A stretch of 61,680 nucleotides of DNA, counting the filler, from Piptocephalis cylindrospora (Eukaryota): the NCBI GenBank assembly GCA_003614145.1. It is 11 parts of 11 records of this genome, joined end to end, with 100 filler letters (N's around TTAATTAATTAA, not from the genome) between each part and the next. Parts side by side here need not be neighbours in the genome. Positions count along the whole stretch, not along the records: positions 22,556 to 28,074 come from KZ988379.1; positions 28,175 to 33,689 come from KZ988380.1; positions 33,790 to 39,298 come from KZ988381.1; 8 more parts are not named here. One strand, 5' to 3'. Both the position numbers and the translations under genes were made by a program. Under the pieces are notes generated by a model. It saw nothing but the letters and a program-made list of their open reading frames with translations, made no database searches and was not told the origin of the DNA. Shown one piece after another: positions 23,927 to 37,506 of the stretch (position 1 is its first letter; every line of letters starts with the position of its first letter).

Positions 23927-26900
23927 TCATCGAGGGGCAACGTGGTCTACAAGATGAGGGGAAAGAGTGGGGGGTAGGCCGGCGTCGGAGGGTCCAACGA
24001 GGGAGGGAGTGCTTCCGTTCCCACCACCACCATTGGAGTTGTGGGCAGTGGGAGAAGAAGGGAAGCTGCGGAAGCGTCCGCCAAATATGGGCATACTCAA
24101 AACGGCCTTGCGTTTCATCCGATCCACCATCTTATTCCTTGGCATGGGCGGGGGCCCCCACATTCCTCCTCCTGTTGTGGAACTGTCATTCCCTTGGGAA
24201 TGGGAGGGGGCGGGGGATTGGGAAAAGTAGTCACTCCCAAAGGAATGCCGGGGATTGGCGGGGAGAGAGGGTTGCATGGATGGGGAGGTGGACGGGGAGG
24301 GGTTGGTCGAGGAAGAGGAGGACGAAGAGGAGGAGGAGGAAGAGGAGGAGGAGGAGGAAAAGGCGGTAGTAAGGGAGGTATGAAGAGAGGCAAGGGAGGG
24401 GGTGGGGCTAGTTCTTTCCCTTGACCTCCTTTTATCCCAAGCTCCCCCACCCTGGCTGGGCCTTTCCATAGGGGTTCCACAGGCGCTTTGGATACCTGGG
24501 GTGATGGGGAAAGGATGGTGTCGTTGGTCTAGGATGTGTCGCGCACACACTGCCTCTTGCCATAAGGAGGAGGCGGCTTTAAAGCATTCTTCTTCGATTT
24601 TCTTGTCGGTCTTGGATGTATCTACGCGTAGAGAGGGATAGGGTGTGAGTACGCTACCTCTTGGGTCATCTCCCCCCCTCCCTTTATCATCTGGGGCAGG
24701 GTACATACCGAGGATTTCATCACACTGAGCCTCGTCCCATCCACAGGCCATGCCAAGTGCCTTGACCGTATGACCAGTCCGGGTCTTGGCCTGAAGACTG
24801 GCCCCGCGGCCAATCAGGGCCCGGACCACCACTTTATCTCCTTGGCTCATGGCCTCATGCAATGGGGTCCAGCCATTCTCCCCACGAAGGTCCACTTCTA
24901 CCCCAAGGGACAAGTAAAGGAGGACCAAGGAAAGACGGCCCGTCCTTGCTGCTAGATGCAATGGATTTGATCCTCTATGAAGGGGGGAGGGGGAAGGTAT
25001 AAGATACAGTATTTAACCCATCCTATATCAACCATCTCGCTTACTCTTTGGTCCTCTGGGAAGGATTAGCTCCAGCGGCCAAGAGGTTGGTGGTGATGGA
25101 GAGATTCTGCTGGACCAAAAGACAAAACTTACTGGAAGCCACCATATACCTTGACATTCTATAATAAAGATGGGATGAGTAAGAAGAAAGGGAATGGCAC
25201 TCCCGATGCCACACAGCCCATCTCTCACATACCTTCGTAATAGAGCCATGACCGATGGGAGATGACATTGAGAAGCAGCCAGATCCAGTGGGAGGATTGA
25301 GGTAGTCGGGGAATAGACGGAGACATCATCATCCCTTTGACTCCTATTTCTCCCATGGCTCGTGCCCTTGTCCTTTAGGATGGGTCGTTGTCGTTGCCTC
25401 AATAGAGCCTTTCCAGGAGGAAAGGTGCGTCCCTTGCCTGTAAGAGGAGAATGACACAATTCCTCCCGGTCTCCCTCATCACCTTTCCTGGGAGAACTTG
25501 GTGGTCCAAGTCGTTTGATGGCCCGATACTGAGAAAGAAGAATGGGTCGATCGGGGAGGGCGCCATGATCAAGGAGGAGGGAGATCAGGGTGGCGGAGCC
25601 CTCAGCTTCCCCTCCACCGGAGGAGTCATCTCCTTGATGCATCACCGCTCTAGTCGGAGGAGGCCTTGAGGCCACAATGTGCAAGGGGGTCAGCCCATAC
25701 CAATCCCTGTTCACATGAGCCGTCTACATTGAGGGGGGGGGGGGGGAGAGAAAGGTAAAGAAAATATGATTCCTTCTTGATCCCCATCTCGGGCTTACTC
25801 GTAGCATGAACCTGGCGAGTCTATCCAAGCCCAGGGAGAGGGCAAGGAGAAAGTAGGTCAGGGTGGGATGATAGGCAGGATGAGGGATGGGAGTGGAGGG
25901 CAGAAGAGGGGTGGAGGGAGAGGGGGACCGCATAGGCCTTGCATTCCCCTCCCCTTTTGCCGTATCATGGTGAGAGACATGGGAGACGGAAGAGGAGGAG
26001 GAGATGGAGGAGACAGAGGAGGATGACAAGGAGGCTAGTCCCATGGGTAGACTGGGACCTGAAGTAGCTTTAAGCAAGGGAGGGGGGGGAGGGGGGGAGA
26101 TGAAGATACCAGAGGACTTTCCCTTCCTAGAGACCTTTTTCTTGCTCTTTTTCTTCCCAGCCTTGTCGGCCTTGGGAAGGGGGTAGACGGGGGAGTTAAT
26201 ATCGGTGGGAAAGCCGTGGCTGTACATGAGGAGGGCTATGCCCTCGACGCGCATGGTCAGAGCGGTGAGGAAGCAAGCGTTGGATTGACCTGGGAATTTT
26301 CGGACCATGGACTCTGGCCCAAGGGATTCGAGGATGTCATGGGCCATGGCGGGATCTCGGTCACGGAGGGCAAGGTTGAGCTGGTACAGAAGGTAGGATT
26401 TACCCCGACGCTTCTCCCGTTTCTTCTGGAACATGCCACCAAGAAGATCCTTGGTCTTGCCTCGCTTCCGGGAGGCTCCAATGACATCGAGGGCGGCCAT
26501 CTTGTGGATGTCCTTTCCCCGACGCCCTCGCAGCTCCTCTTTACTTAGGATGGGGTAAGTGCCTGTGGCGCGAAGATGCGCGTCCTGCTGATGAAGGGCG
26601 ATGATGGCCTCTCGGGAAGAGTGGGGAAGGGCGTCTGTGAGTCGAAATTCGGCAAAAGTGTGATGAGGATGGGTGGGCGGGGGAAGGGAGAGAAAGTCAA
26701 CGGTGGTGACAGACATGGACAAAGACATGGACTGAGACTGAATGGAAGGGGAGGGGGAACGATGGGGCCGACGGTGGGTCACGACGGGCCTGGACAGAGG
26801 GGATGGGGGTGAGGAGTAGGAGATGGGGAAGGGTGGGGCTTCGGGAGGGGTGATGGGGGCGGGCTGAGGGGAGGAGGAGGACCAGTAGGGTTCCAGATTA

Positions 26901-27385
26901 CCATCTGGGGCATGGGTGGAGGAGAAGGTGATCTGGGTGGGTGGGGGAGAGGCGGGGGAGATGGTGGTGGTGATGCCGCATGGAGTATTGGAGGGAGGGT
27001 CATGAAGAAGAGGAGTGACCTTTCTCTGGGCCCGACCATCCTCTCTTTGACGTGAGGAGGCCTGGGACCTGGAGGCGGCCTCGACATCCTCGCCCACTTC
27101 TCCTTCCGCTCCTTGGACGCTTTTGACAACTAGGCTCCTCCGATCCTTCTTGTTCCCGGAAAGCAGCTTACTCAGCGATCTCCTCAATTTCCTGTCCATG
27201 CCTCTTTCCTCGGTCCCTCTCTCTTCTTTGGAGGTACTCCCCGGGACCGAGGATGGTGCTGTGGAGGAGGTGGAGGAGGCTGCGTGGGTCAAGGTGACAT
27301 GGGTACTGACAGGCAAGGGAGGGGACGGAGGAGACTGGGAAGTCGATGTAGCATGGGGGTCTGAAGGGGCACTATTGGAGTACAT
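23927..27385 (-). CDS. Large ankyrin-repeat protein with Ser/Pro-rich termini (multi-exon)
   Basis: GLTPLHIVA, LPLDLAA, PLHLAARTGRLSLV, NGWTPLHEAMSQG ankyrin repeats; GT-AG introns near 25798-25724, ~25230-25160 and ~25030-24976. Confidence 0.8.
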
Positions 27386-28035
27386 CCTATGGTATGGACA
27401 GGATGGGATATCTTGACGTAGGGGATGAGGAGTGAGGAAGGGAGAGGGGTTGAGCGAGAAGGAGGAAGGGAGGGAGGGAAGGAGAGAGAGACAGACAGAC
27501 AGACAGAGGGAGAGAGGGGTGTATCCCCTCTGTGGGCAAATGGGTGTAGGAGAAAGGCTTGATGTACGGTAGGGGAAAGGAAGGGGGGGTTGGGCAAGAC
27601 AGGCAAGGATGAGGAGGAAAGGAGGGACAAGGGGGAAGGGACAAAGCAGGGCAAGGAGTATAGCGGGAGGGAGGGTGTAGGGGAGAGCGAGATGGGACGG
27701 GGTGGGAAAAAAAGCAAGAAGGGAGGAGGAGGAGGACGGCGAGAAGGAGAGAGGAGAGGGGAAGATGGAGAGGATGGGAAAAAAGGAAAGAGACTGGACT
27801 GACACTTATTGTGTTGGGGAAGTGGGTGGGATGTGAGCTTTATTGGGCCGAAGAGGGCAAGTGGAGCGCCTGGGCTCCGTTTCCTCCTCTCATCTTGGCC
27901 AAGGAGCTTGGTTGGTTTTAGGGCATGGAATTACTGAATCTAAGGGCGGAGCTCTCTCTGCTCGCCCTCTCCGTCTTGGCCCTGTGTGAATGTGTGCGGG
28001 GTGTGTGTATGCTTAGTAGGGAGGTAGGGGAAGGA

Positions 28036-28066
<31 letters not shown>

Positions 28067-28174
28067 AGCCGCCCNNNNNNNNNNNNNNNNNNNNNNNNNN
28101 NNNNNNNNNNNNNNNNNNTTAATTAATTAANNNNNNNNNNNNNNNNNNNNNNNNNNNNNNNNNNNNNNNNNNNN

Positions 28175-29080
28175 TAGGGTGATTCTCCAGTCTAAAGGAA
28201 GATAGAGAGAAATATGAACATAGAATCCGTGGCAAGGAAATGGAGGGTTATAAAAAATACTCACCTCGAAGGAATGCTAGAACTAAACATAAAATAGTGG
28301 AGATGATTGACTGAAGGATCCGTGGAAGTCCTGCGTTCCCAATCCCTTCTCGGAGTATATCAAAATCCCGGTTCATTCTCCGTAACAGCATGTCTACACC
28401 TCGAACTTCATGATAGGCCATGGGTAGGGAATACAAAGCCTCCAAGTAATGTTCCCGTAAGACCTGTTGAGGAAATGATTAAAAAGAGAATCCGTAGGTA
28501 AAGAATATAGCATCTATCCTCGACACTTTACCTTGATTCTCCGTTCAGCAAACCACTCCATGAGAAAAGATTGAATGAATCCCACGACCAGGGATATTAT
28601 AGAAATTAGGCCTAGTGCCTTTACCCAGAGCCAAACGGATCCAGCGATCCCTGATTCGGTGACGAGAACGGATGGGTTGGGATGAGCATTAAGGAATAAC
28701 TGGTACTGTAGGAAAAATTGATAGAAGACCCAGGTAGCGGCAGGCAGGGCAACGCCCAGGACGAGGGAGAGGATGCAGCCAATGATGAAAAAGGCAATAT
28801 CTAGCCAGGATGCATGCCGAAACAGCTGAAAAACAGATGGAGAGGCCGAGGTACGCAGAAGATGGGAGGTGATATCAGAAACAACGTCTAGCCCACTTTG
28901 GTCTGCAGACCCCATGGTGTCGTTAACATCACTTCGAGCAAGGGAGGAGGGATGGCTACGATGCGAATGACTCCGGGTCAGCCCAGATACAGCTGAAGAA
29001 TAGGTGGCTGTATATGTGGCGGACGATACGCTATCCCGATACCATTGTATCTCACTTAGTAAAGGAGAGGCCTTTCCCAT
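28175..29080 (-). CDS. ABC transporter subfamily B (MDR/P-glycoprotein), N-terminal part only
   Basis: VFQLFRHASWLDIAFFIIGCILSLVLGVALP, WFAERRIK|..LREHYLEAL, DFDILREGIG, LVLAFLR|DWRITL; truncated at the contig end. Confidence 0.88.
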
Positions 29081-31570
29081 TTTACGAGAAAGAAGCTATG
29101 CAATGATAGAAGAAACAAAAGGATGAGTTGAAGAGGATAAGATAGAAAGGGCCGGATTAGGGAAAGCAGAGAAAGGACGGAAAGTAATGAAAAAGATGAA
29201 CTGGGACAACGGGACAATGACGGGGGCTAGAGAAAGACGTCGAGAAAGGAATATACACAAGGTTCAGGAAAAAGGTGGATGACTATGAGATGATAAAGTG
29301 TGTTGCTTAAGATATCTCAAGGCCGTCCGCACAAGAGGAAAATAACAAGAGGGGGTGAAAGGAGGGATAGGCGAGAGGAAGGAAAGACAGAAGCAAGCGC
29401 TGGGATAAGAAATGAGAAAGCTTTGGTCATTCAGAGGATATTGGGCATGACAAGTGAGCTATTTCAAATATAGGCAGACCCAGGTAAAGATGGCCTCAGA
29501 GGAACGAGAAAGATGCAGGGATGGGCCATCCTCATCATCATGCCTCTGTCTGATCCGCTCCACTCACCTGATGTGTCGGAGTCTAAATCGGAGTATACAC
29601 GCTTTAGGGGTACAAGGCAAGCGATGAGAGGGGAGAAGCAATGGTTCTTTGTCATTATGCCCTGAATAGTGTAATTAAGTGCTTCATCACCATGGTTAGG
29701 CAGCGATGATGTAGCCGATCTGATTAGAGAACTTTATCCTTCTGGATCTAATATATGAGCTGGTTAGAGCTAATGCTTGATCCACATGGATCGATCATAC
29801 CCGCTCTAGTATCAGCAAAGCCACCCACATATTATTAGAGGTATCTCCAAAAGTACTAGCCTAAAGACACGCCTCTTGATTTCCTCAAAAAAGCATAGCC
29901 TCGTCCTCACACGCACATTGCTTAATAGCATATTTCAATACCTATATCCTACAAGCGATCCTTTTAATAATTCCATGCTATAAGCTAGGATGGTGAGGAG
30001 CGCCTTGCTGTAGAACCGTAAGTATCTTTATTTTAGCGCTAAAATTTAGAAATAGATTGAGAAACCTTAAACACGGCCCAAGGAGTGATCCTCTAGACCT
30101 TATAGTCTTGGGTAAATTAGAACATATATGCCTCTTTAGGGAAGAGTAAGGATGGAGCGACCTAAAAACCCCCCACTTACGCGTCTTTATCTTGATAGAC
30201 TCTTTCAGCGATGAAGAAAATCGCGTATTTTACATCCCTAGTACTGAATTGGTATAGAGTAGTCGAGTACATTACCAATCCCAGATTCCATACCTTTATA
30301 ATACATAATTGCAGGGGCTTACTATTGATCAGGTTTGGTATTTTAATATCAAGCCACACGATGGCTACTGGGACCAAGTCACAAGGAAAGAGATGAGAGA
30401 GATAGGAAAAGGAGAAGGAGAACGATGAAAAGGAGGGATGATCTTAGCATGTTTCCTCTCCCCGCCCTTTCTCATCTCATGTACTCGTTCCCCCTAGGAC
30501 CCCTCACACACATACACGCATTGCACCCATCTACCTCCACCCCCCCCCCCCTTCTATTTATGCCCTCTGCTTCACCCTTCCGCCCGTGTATATCCAGGAA
30601 TACATGAATGAGAAAGATGGATTCTTTAAAATATTCCATAATCATCTACAATCATCCATACAGCAAAGGACTGGTCGCCGTTTGGAAGGTCAGTCACCAT
30701 GGAGTACTTTAAGAGTGAGTGACACCTGTGAACCCTGTCTTTTCAGTGTGTAAATCAATTAAAGTCCACACATTCTCCCTTGAACCAGTGAGGAGGCATG
30801 TCACCTCGGTACCCTGTGTCAGGAGTGAGCATTTCTGTCCTCTCCCACACTTGGATAACCAGTCAAATATCCTCTTCAGATGTGATGGGGGAACCTCTAG
30901 GGGCTTACTCGATGACATTTCATTTATTCATCCATCCCTCTTTCGTCTACAGGATGGATTTGGAGGTATTCACCAGTTCAGTGGTATTGACCTCTCCTCA
31001 ACCCACCATTCCATCGTCGCCCTCAATGAGGTAGCGGCGCTGTAGGAAAGTCCCATCTTCAAACGATTTGTATCACCAAGGATGGTCCAGTGGTGTCAGC
31101 GGGAAGGTATGCCCAATGAATGCGCGTCAGGGTAAAGAGAGGAATGCCAAGGATAGACTCCTTTTGGGAGATTGAAGCAATCAGTTTTCTCAGAAAATCT
31201 GGAGGAGGATGGTTCGGTGTACAAGGCAAGGGATTATGCTACAAGGTGTCAAGAGCAGAGCTTCCTAAGAAAAGAGGAGTCACATTTTATACTCTTCTCT
31301 ATCATCGCTACCTCTTAAGCTTGACATCTTTCGGCTGGGCTTCCTGTCTGGCCACTTCCCCACAGGTCCTCCATTGCCCAGTCGTTCAAGTGGATCAACA
31401 CGCCCACACCTCCATCCCACTCTACGTCGTCATAGAAGCAGCGCTCTCATGAACCCCGTAAGCCCTTTCCTGGATTCGGGTAAATCATGCCTAATAAGGG
31501 ATTGTGGTGACCTTTAGTCACCCCTATGGAGACCGGTACTAGACTGGTACCTGACTCTGGACACAATGTA

Positions 31571-33167
31571 TTGTGAAAGTACACCAGTATTTACACCATC
31601 ATGGGCCTTTTTCTTCGTCATCCTTCTTCTGAGAAATCATTCTTCATGAAATAAACTACACTAGAAGTGCAAGGACAACATGATCAAAGATAGCTTAAAA
31701 GGTTTTAGATTGAAAAATAAATAACTTTAGGAATTAAACAATTGTGAAACAAATGGTCTTGACACAGTTTTGCCATAGGATTCTACAAATTACATATCCA
31801 ACCATCAATATCTTGTACTTCCACCCTCTGCCTTTAGGAAGGTCTGAATTCTTGAAGGCATGCTGTCGATGAGATTCAGGACTACATCATAGGGGATCCC
31901 ATCCCATTCTGGTTCCACTCGGGCCCAAAGAGCATTGATATTGGTAGACGCCCTCGCGTAGATGGCTAGTTGCCTCTTTAGGTGCCCCCAGAGGTGCTCA
32001 ATGGAATTCAAGTCGGGAGACTGGGAGGGCCATTCCAGGACTTGGATCCTATTTGGGAAAAGTCAGCTCCGGGCTTTGGTAGAGGTATGTTTTGGGTCAT
32101 TATCCTGCTGGAAGATGACATCCTCATCACCAAGGCCCCAGTCATCCAGCGATCATGGATAGCTTTCTTCCAATACATCACAATATACGTCCGTATCTAT
32201 TCCCTCGTCAATCCTATGGAACCTACCAATACCATAGACAGAGATACAACCCCAAATCAGGATATTAACTCCTTCATACTTAAGTGTAGGCACTATATTT
32301 CCACCATGGAAGGCCTCCCCAGGTCTCCTCCAGCACCACCAGGCGCCATCCGAGCCCATACGATTAATCTTGGACTCTTCCGTCCAGATGATGCGCCTCC
32401 AGTCCACCTGTGTCCAACCATGATGCCTCCTTGCAAAGCGCAAGCAGGCCAGGTGATTTCTGCTCTTTAACATTGGAATCATTCTAGGCCTCCTACCTCT
32501 CAACCCTCTCCTTCTAAGGGCACGACGCATTACATCTGCACTAACGCTTTCCCCACGATCGGCTGAAATCTGCATTGCGACTCTCCTGGCTGATCTCCTA
32601 CGTGTTGTAGTTACATTCTGGACGGCCATCCGCTCTTCTCTCGGGGTTAGAAGCCTTGGGCGACCGCCTGGATTAGGTTTTCCTGCAATCCCTAGTTCTT
32701 TATACTTCCTCATTGCCGTAGATGATCCTACTTTGGTCTTAGTGGCCACTTGGCGCACCGGTTAACCCTTCTCCAGGAGCATCTTGATGCGTATAGTTGT
32801 TTCTCTTGATATGGCTTTCATAGTTAAATGAAATAAGAGAGGTCACAATGTGGGGGGTAATAAAGGGGCCCGGCTCTTATAATAATGTTCTTATATTTTA
32901 ATTCCTGCTATTTTAGCTTCTGTAATAATGCGATTGAGGAAAGTGAATTTAAGCTGATCCTGCATCGAAAGTGCGCCGGTGTAGTCTATATCATAATTTC
33001 TTGATTTCTGCAGTGGATTAATGATAAATTTAAAATTGCTTTAGTTCATCTTGATTGCATGATTCATGCGCATCTAGTGTATTTTATTTCATCAAGAATG
33101 GTTTCCCAGAAGAAGAATAGCTAAGAAAAGGGCCCATGGCGGTATCAACATCGGCTCAGTTTTACAA
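31571..33167 (-). mobile_element. Complete Tc1-family DNA transposon (~1.6 kb), inactive
   Basis: About 125-bp imperfect TIRs (31571-~31695 vs ~33043-33167, termini TTGT...ACAA) flanked by TA on both sides (31569-31570, 33168-33169), enclosing a DD34E transposase. Confidence 0.92.
31805..32821 (-). pseudogene. Tc1 DD34E transposase pseudogene
   Basis: One frame MKAISRE...GRPRLLTPREER...WRRIIWTEESK...FQQDNDPKH-(D34E)-WPSQSPDLNSIEHLW...GGSTRY, with in-frame stops at 32762-64, 32153-55 and 32063-65; first catalytic Asp appears as Glu. Confidence 0.93.
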
Positions 33168-33923
33168 TAGATGGTAATTCAACCCTTCATCTCTATACCA
33201 AACACTGGAGGAAGGATATAAAAAAAGCATTGTATTTCATCCAGAAAGGACTCTGAAAGCTGATTACATGAGATGGGCCATGTAGACTAGCTTTCAGTAC
33301 GAGGATAGCCATGCAGGAACAACGCCTCGCATACCCTTGGATACCACATCATGGATTGATGGAATATACACAGGATGAAGTGAGGCTGCCGCGCACCATT
33401 CATCATGGGAAGTATTTCATCGATACTTAATACCTTGAATGCAGTTGATATTTGCTTTGCATGCTAGCCATTCCTCCCTTGCCTTCTTATTTTCTTCTTC
33501 TGCCTTCTTCCCTTCCTCCTCTAACTGCCTCTGCCGCCTTTGATATTCCTCGACTCTCTTATTTATCTCGTCCTCAGAGGGCGCACCATCTCTGTTTGTG
33601 TTGTTTCCATCACCTCCTTCGTTCTTGGTGGAGACATCCCCTTCAGCTGGTACAGGGGAACCAACGGTAAAGGCAGTCAGGCAGATACCNNNNNNNNNNN
33701 NNNNNNNNNNNNNNNNNNNNNNNNNNNNNNNNNTTAATTAATTAANNNNNNNNNNNNNNNNNNNNNNNNNNNNNNNNNNNNNNNNNNNNGGCAGGTTTGC
33801 TCTTTATCAACTGACACTGCCATCCGGATTCAGATCCGTATCAATACATCTATTTGCCAGCGATTAGCCTCATCCCTCAGTGAGAACAAGACAACAGTTT
33901 CAGCGGAAACCACACTTTACATA

Positions 33924-33997
33924 GCTTCCGTGGCGCAATTGGCTAGCGCGTCTGACTGTTAATCAGGAGGTTGGTGGTTCGATCCCACCCGGGAGCG
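33924..33997 (+). tRNA. tRNA-Asn(GTT)
   Basis: Cloverleaf: acceptor GCTTCCG/CGGGAGC, D-arm GCGC/GCGC, anticodon arm TCTGA-CTGTTAA-TCAGG, T-arm GGTGG-TTCGATC-CCACC; TTTTT Pol III terminator at 33999-34003. Confidence 0.97.
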
Positions 33998-34278
33998 CTT
34001 TTTGGTACCAAATGCGCGGATGGGGGACCTTGGAGGATGAGGATTGTTGGCAGCAATCTTACTGCCTTTTTTCTGCTCGTCAAAGTAAAATTAGATCTTC
34101 TTAAAGGGATCCTCAGCCACTTGAACAGTGTTGTAATCTCCTTAAAGAACAATAGAAATAGTACGATCATACAACGGAAAGGATAGGGAAAGGCCAGGAC
34201 GCATCGACAAGTTAGAGTGACGCGTGTGCACAGTCACCACACTCTTTTCTCCCTTTTCTCAATAATAACAACAGTAGC

Positions 34279-35212
34279 ATGTCCGTCGAAGAAACCCTCT
34301 ACACGATCCTTGGACTCGAGGAAAGTGCCACAGCTAGCGAGATCAAGTGGGCTTACCGGCGACTGGCCCTACGACTCCATCCGGATAAGCTTCCCCCTTC
34401 CCTGGGGACCACGGAGAGGGAGGAGGCCACAGCATCCTTCCAGGCCCTGGGCCGTGCCTACGCCGTACTTGGGGACGAGAAGAGACGGGAGCGGTATGAT
34501 TGTACAGGGTCCGTGGAGGAGGAAGAATTTCCTGAGGGGTCCGAGGCCTTGGCAGCGTACTTTGCCGAGCTGTATGAACGGGTGAGCATGGACCGACTAG
34601 AGGAATTTGCCAAGACTTATCGAGGTAAGAGAATGATTGTGGGGGGGATGGGTTCTCCTTGCATCATCCGACTCATTGATCATGGTAGGATCGGATGAAG
34701 AAAAAGATGATGTCTTCAAGGCGTATGCGGATGTGCAAGGAGACATGACTAAGCTCTTTCAACTGGTTCCTGTGGTGAATGTCCTGGATGATGAGGAGAG
34801 GCTTCGAGAGATTATTGAGGAAGCCATTGAGAAGAAAGAGCTGCCGGATCATTCAGCCTTCACCCAGGAGAGCCAGGCCAAGCGTAAGGCGCGGAAACGA
34901 AGAGCTCAGAAGGAGGCCGATGAGGCCAAGAAAGAAAGGGAAATCCTGGCCAAGAAGAATACACGAGAGAAGGCCGAGCCTTCAGATTTGACTGATCTTG
35001 GGGCACTGATCCGGCAAAAAAATGCCAACCGTATGAAGTCTCTTGTGGAATCCTTGGAGGAGAAGTACGGGGCCAAGGGAGGAGGAAAGAAGCGCCGGGT
35101 TCAACCCTCAACGGCCAAGCGGGTCAAAGCGTCCGCCGAGCCATCCGAGGAGGAGTTCCAACGGATCCAAGCTTCCTTGGCCTCGAAACCCAAGAAACGT
35201 CGCACCGCTTGA
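34279..35212 (+). CDS. DNAJC9: DNAJC9-like J-domain protein (exons 34279-34624, 34689-35212)
   Basis: LYTILGL...AYRRLALRLHPDK...RYDCTG; YRG|SDEEKDDV...GDM; LGALIRQK...LVESLEEKYG; EPSEEEF. Confidence 0.9.
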
Positions 35213-36273
35213 GGCTATCTGTCTTTTTCCTGGTGGAAAATGAAGGGGGCTGCGTGGTTGAATACACTACTGGCTTGCACTTGTTTTATCCTTGCTATTT
35301 GCGATGACTTTCAGCCGATCGATGGCATGTCGTGTTAGGTGTAGTGGGTTTATCAGTGACTGTGGCATTTGACATGACCCTCCAGAATGGGTAGTAGTAA
35401 ATAGCGAAATGTACTGGGGAGATTACAATCTTCCCTTTTTCTTAAAAATCTTCATAAATTCGTCTCAAAAAGATTCAGAATCCTCGCCATATCGTTGCTT
35501 CTTCCATTGATTTTCCAATCCTTCCTATCCCCCTGTAGTCTCCTTTGTTTCTTCTCCCATCCCTCTATCGTTCCCCTTTCAATGACCATTCTCCTTTTGG
35601 CCTGACCCTTCGGAATGGGGCATGCAGACCAAGTGTATTGGATTTCAAATATGGCCAAAAGTGCATATTTTCGCTAATTGTGTATACTTTGGGAGCCAAT
35701 CAGTGATATCTCATGTGCCCTTTTTACATGCGTTCTATTCATTGGGCAGCCAAGAAGCAGGCATAGATCCTCTTTCCGTCCGTGTGTCCCCCATCCAATG
35801 ACAGAGGTTCCATGAGGAATAATTCCCGTTGATTGGGTGGCCGTGTGAAAAGGGACTGGTAGGATAGGGGAGAGGTGGATGGCTCGCCCCGAGAACATAG
35901 TGTGTGTGCATCCCTTTCCTCATCGGTGCACACATACACGCACACACATAAGTTGTTGTATCAGTATGTGTGCACATGCTCAGGAGAGTGGTGGAAGGCT
36001 GGCTTTCAAAGGCAAGGGAAAAAGAGATTTGGAGATCACGGTAGAGTGAGACGGAAGAGCTCCATCTCTTCATCTAGACAAGAGATGAACCAGTTTTCCC
36101 TAGCCACCCCGACTAGAGAGATAGAGGGTGGCGATGGAGAAGGTATAAAGCAATTGAGGGACAGTCTCTTTTGCTTCTTTCTCCTCTACTCCTTCCTCTT
36201 CATTCATCCCTCTCCTTTCTCCCCATCCCACCAAGTACGTGAACTATTTCGATACACAGACGACAGCCTGTCG

Positions 36274-37342
36274 ATGAATACCAACGTGCACTCCACCCCC
36301 AGCCCTGCTGGTCTTTACCCCAAAGCGGGTCTTTCGACACGTCCCATGGCCCCACCCACTTGGGCCTCGGAATTCAAGGGTAATTTCTGCGCAGGTGGTG
36401 CAGCCCTTGCTTTGGCTTACGCGACCATGCACCCGCTGGATACCTTCAAAACCCAAGTGCAGGCTGCATCCACCTCCACTATGGCCGGAGGCACTGGGAG
36501 TGCCTTGACCTTGAATCGCCTTTTCACCCAAGAGACTGGACGAATGCTTAGCCGAGGTTTCGTGGCCAGCGTGACTGGAGCAGCACCTCAGGTAGGTAGA
36601 GAGAATGAATATCTTTCTTTACGTTCTCAGAAGCTCATGTCTTGTACGATTTCTCCATGATTAGGGAGCCCTGCGGTTCGGAACTTATGAGTTGTGCAAG
36701 GCCCACCTTCTGGGCCTGGAACCTGGGCAACGGCCCGAGGAGGCGGGTCTAACCCCTGGGGTACTCCAGGCGGCGGGAATCTCGGCTGTGTCAGCAGTGG
36801 CAGGAGACTTGGCGTCTTCCGTGGCCAAGGTACCCCGAGAGGTCATTACCACCCGGCTGCAGACGGGTCTTTATGGAAATAGTGCAACCGAGGTAGCACA
36901 GGTAATCATCAAGACGGAAGGGCCTCAGGGCCTCTTTCGGGGATTTGCCTCGACCACAGCGCGGGATGCGCCCTTTATGGTCATCCTTTTTGTGACATAT
37001 GAGAACTTTCGTCGTGCACATGAGCGAATTTGGTCTGGGGAGGGCAAGGTGCCGACGGCAGCATCGACCATCTTTGGCGGTCTAAGTGGAGGTTTAGCTG
37101 GGTTCCTTACATCGCCCTTTGATGCTATGAAGACCCGAATCATGACCGGGAAGGACAAGGGAATGCGTGCGGTCCTGCGCACCTTGTACACGGAGCAGGG
37201 TGGGTCCATGGGCGGGGTAGGTCGGAAACTTTTTGTTGGGGCGGGCGCTCGAAGTGTGTGGTGGCTGTGTGTGTGTAGCATCTTCTTCCCCACGTACGAG
37301 GCCCTAAAGCACACCTTTGCTCAGGGGAGGAGGGTGGATTAA
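36274..37342 (+). CDS. Mitochondrial carrier (SLC25), SAM-carrier Pet8/SLC25A26-like (intron 36592-36664)
   Basis: Three carrier signatures HPLDFTK-type: HPLDTFKTQVQ, VPREVITTRLQ, SPFDAMKTRIM; GLFRGFASTTARDAPF. Confidence 0.88.
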
Positions 37343-37506
37343 GTCGAGTGCAATGTGCTTGTAGAATAAACGTGACAGGGTAACACTATAGAAAGCTGTT
37401 ATAATAGAGACAAGGTCTTTATCGGCCAGAACTGCATTGCAAGGTTGTATACACGACCAACCTCCCTAGAAGGAAGGAAGGGGGAGATTTAAAGAGGGTA
37501 TGAGGG

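Noticed and set aside
29100..31550. Short ORFs between the ABC transporter and Tc1, including a faint F-box-like stretch near 30300-30400
   Set aside because: No convincing motif or consistent exon structure.
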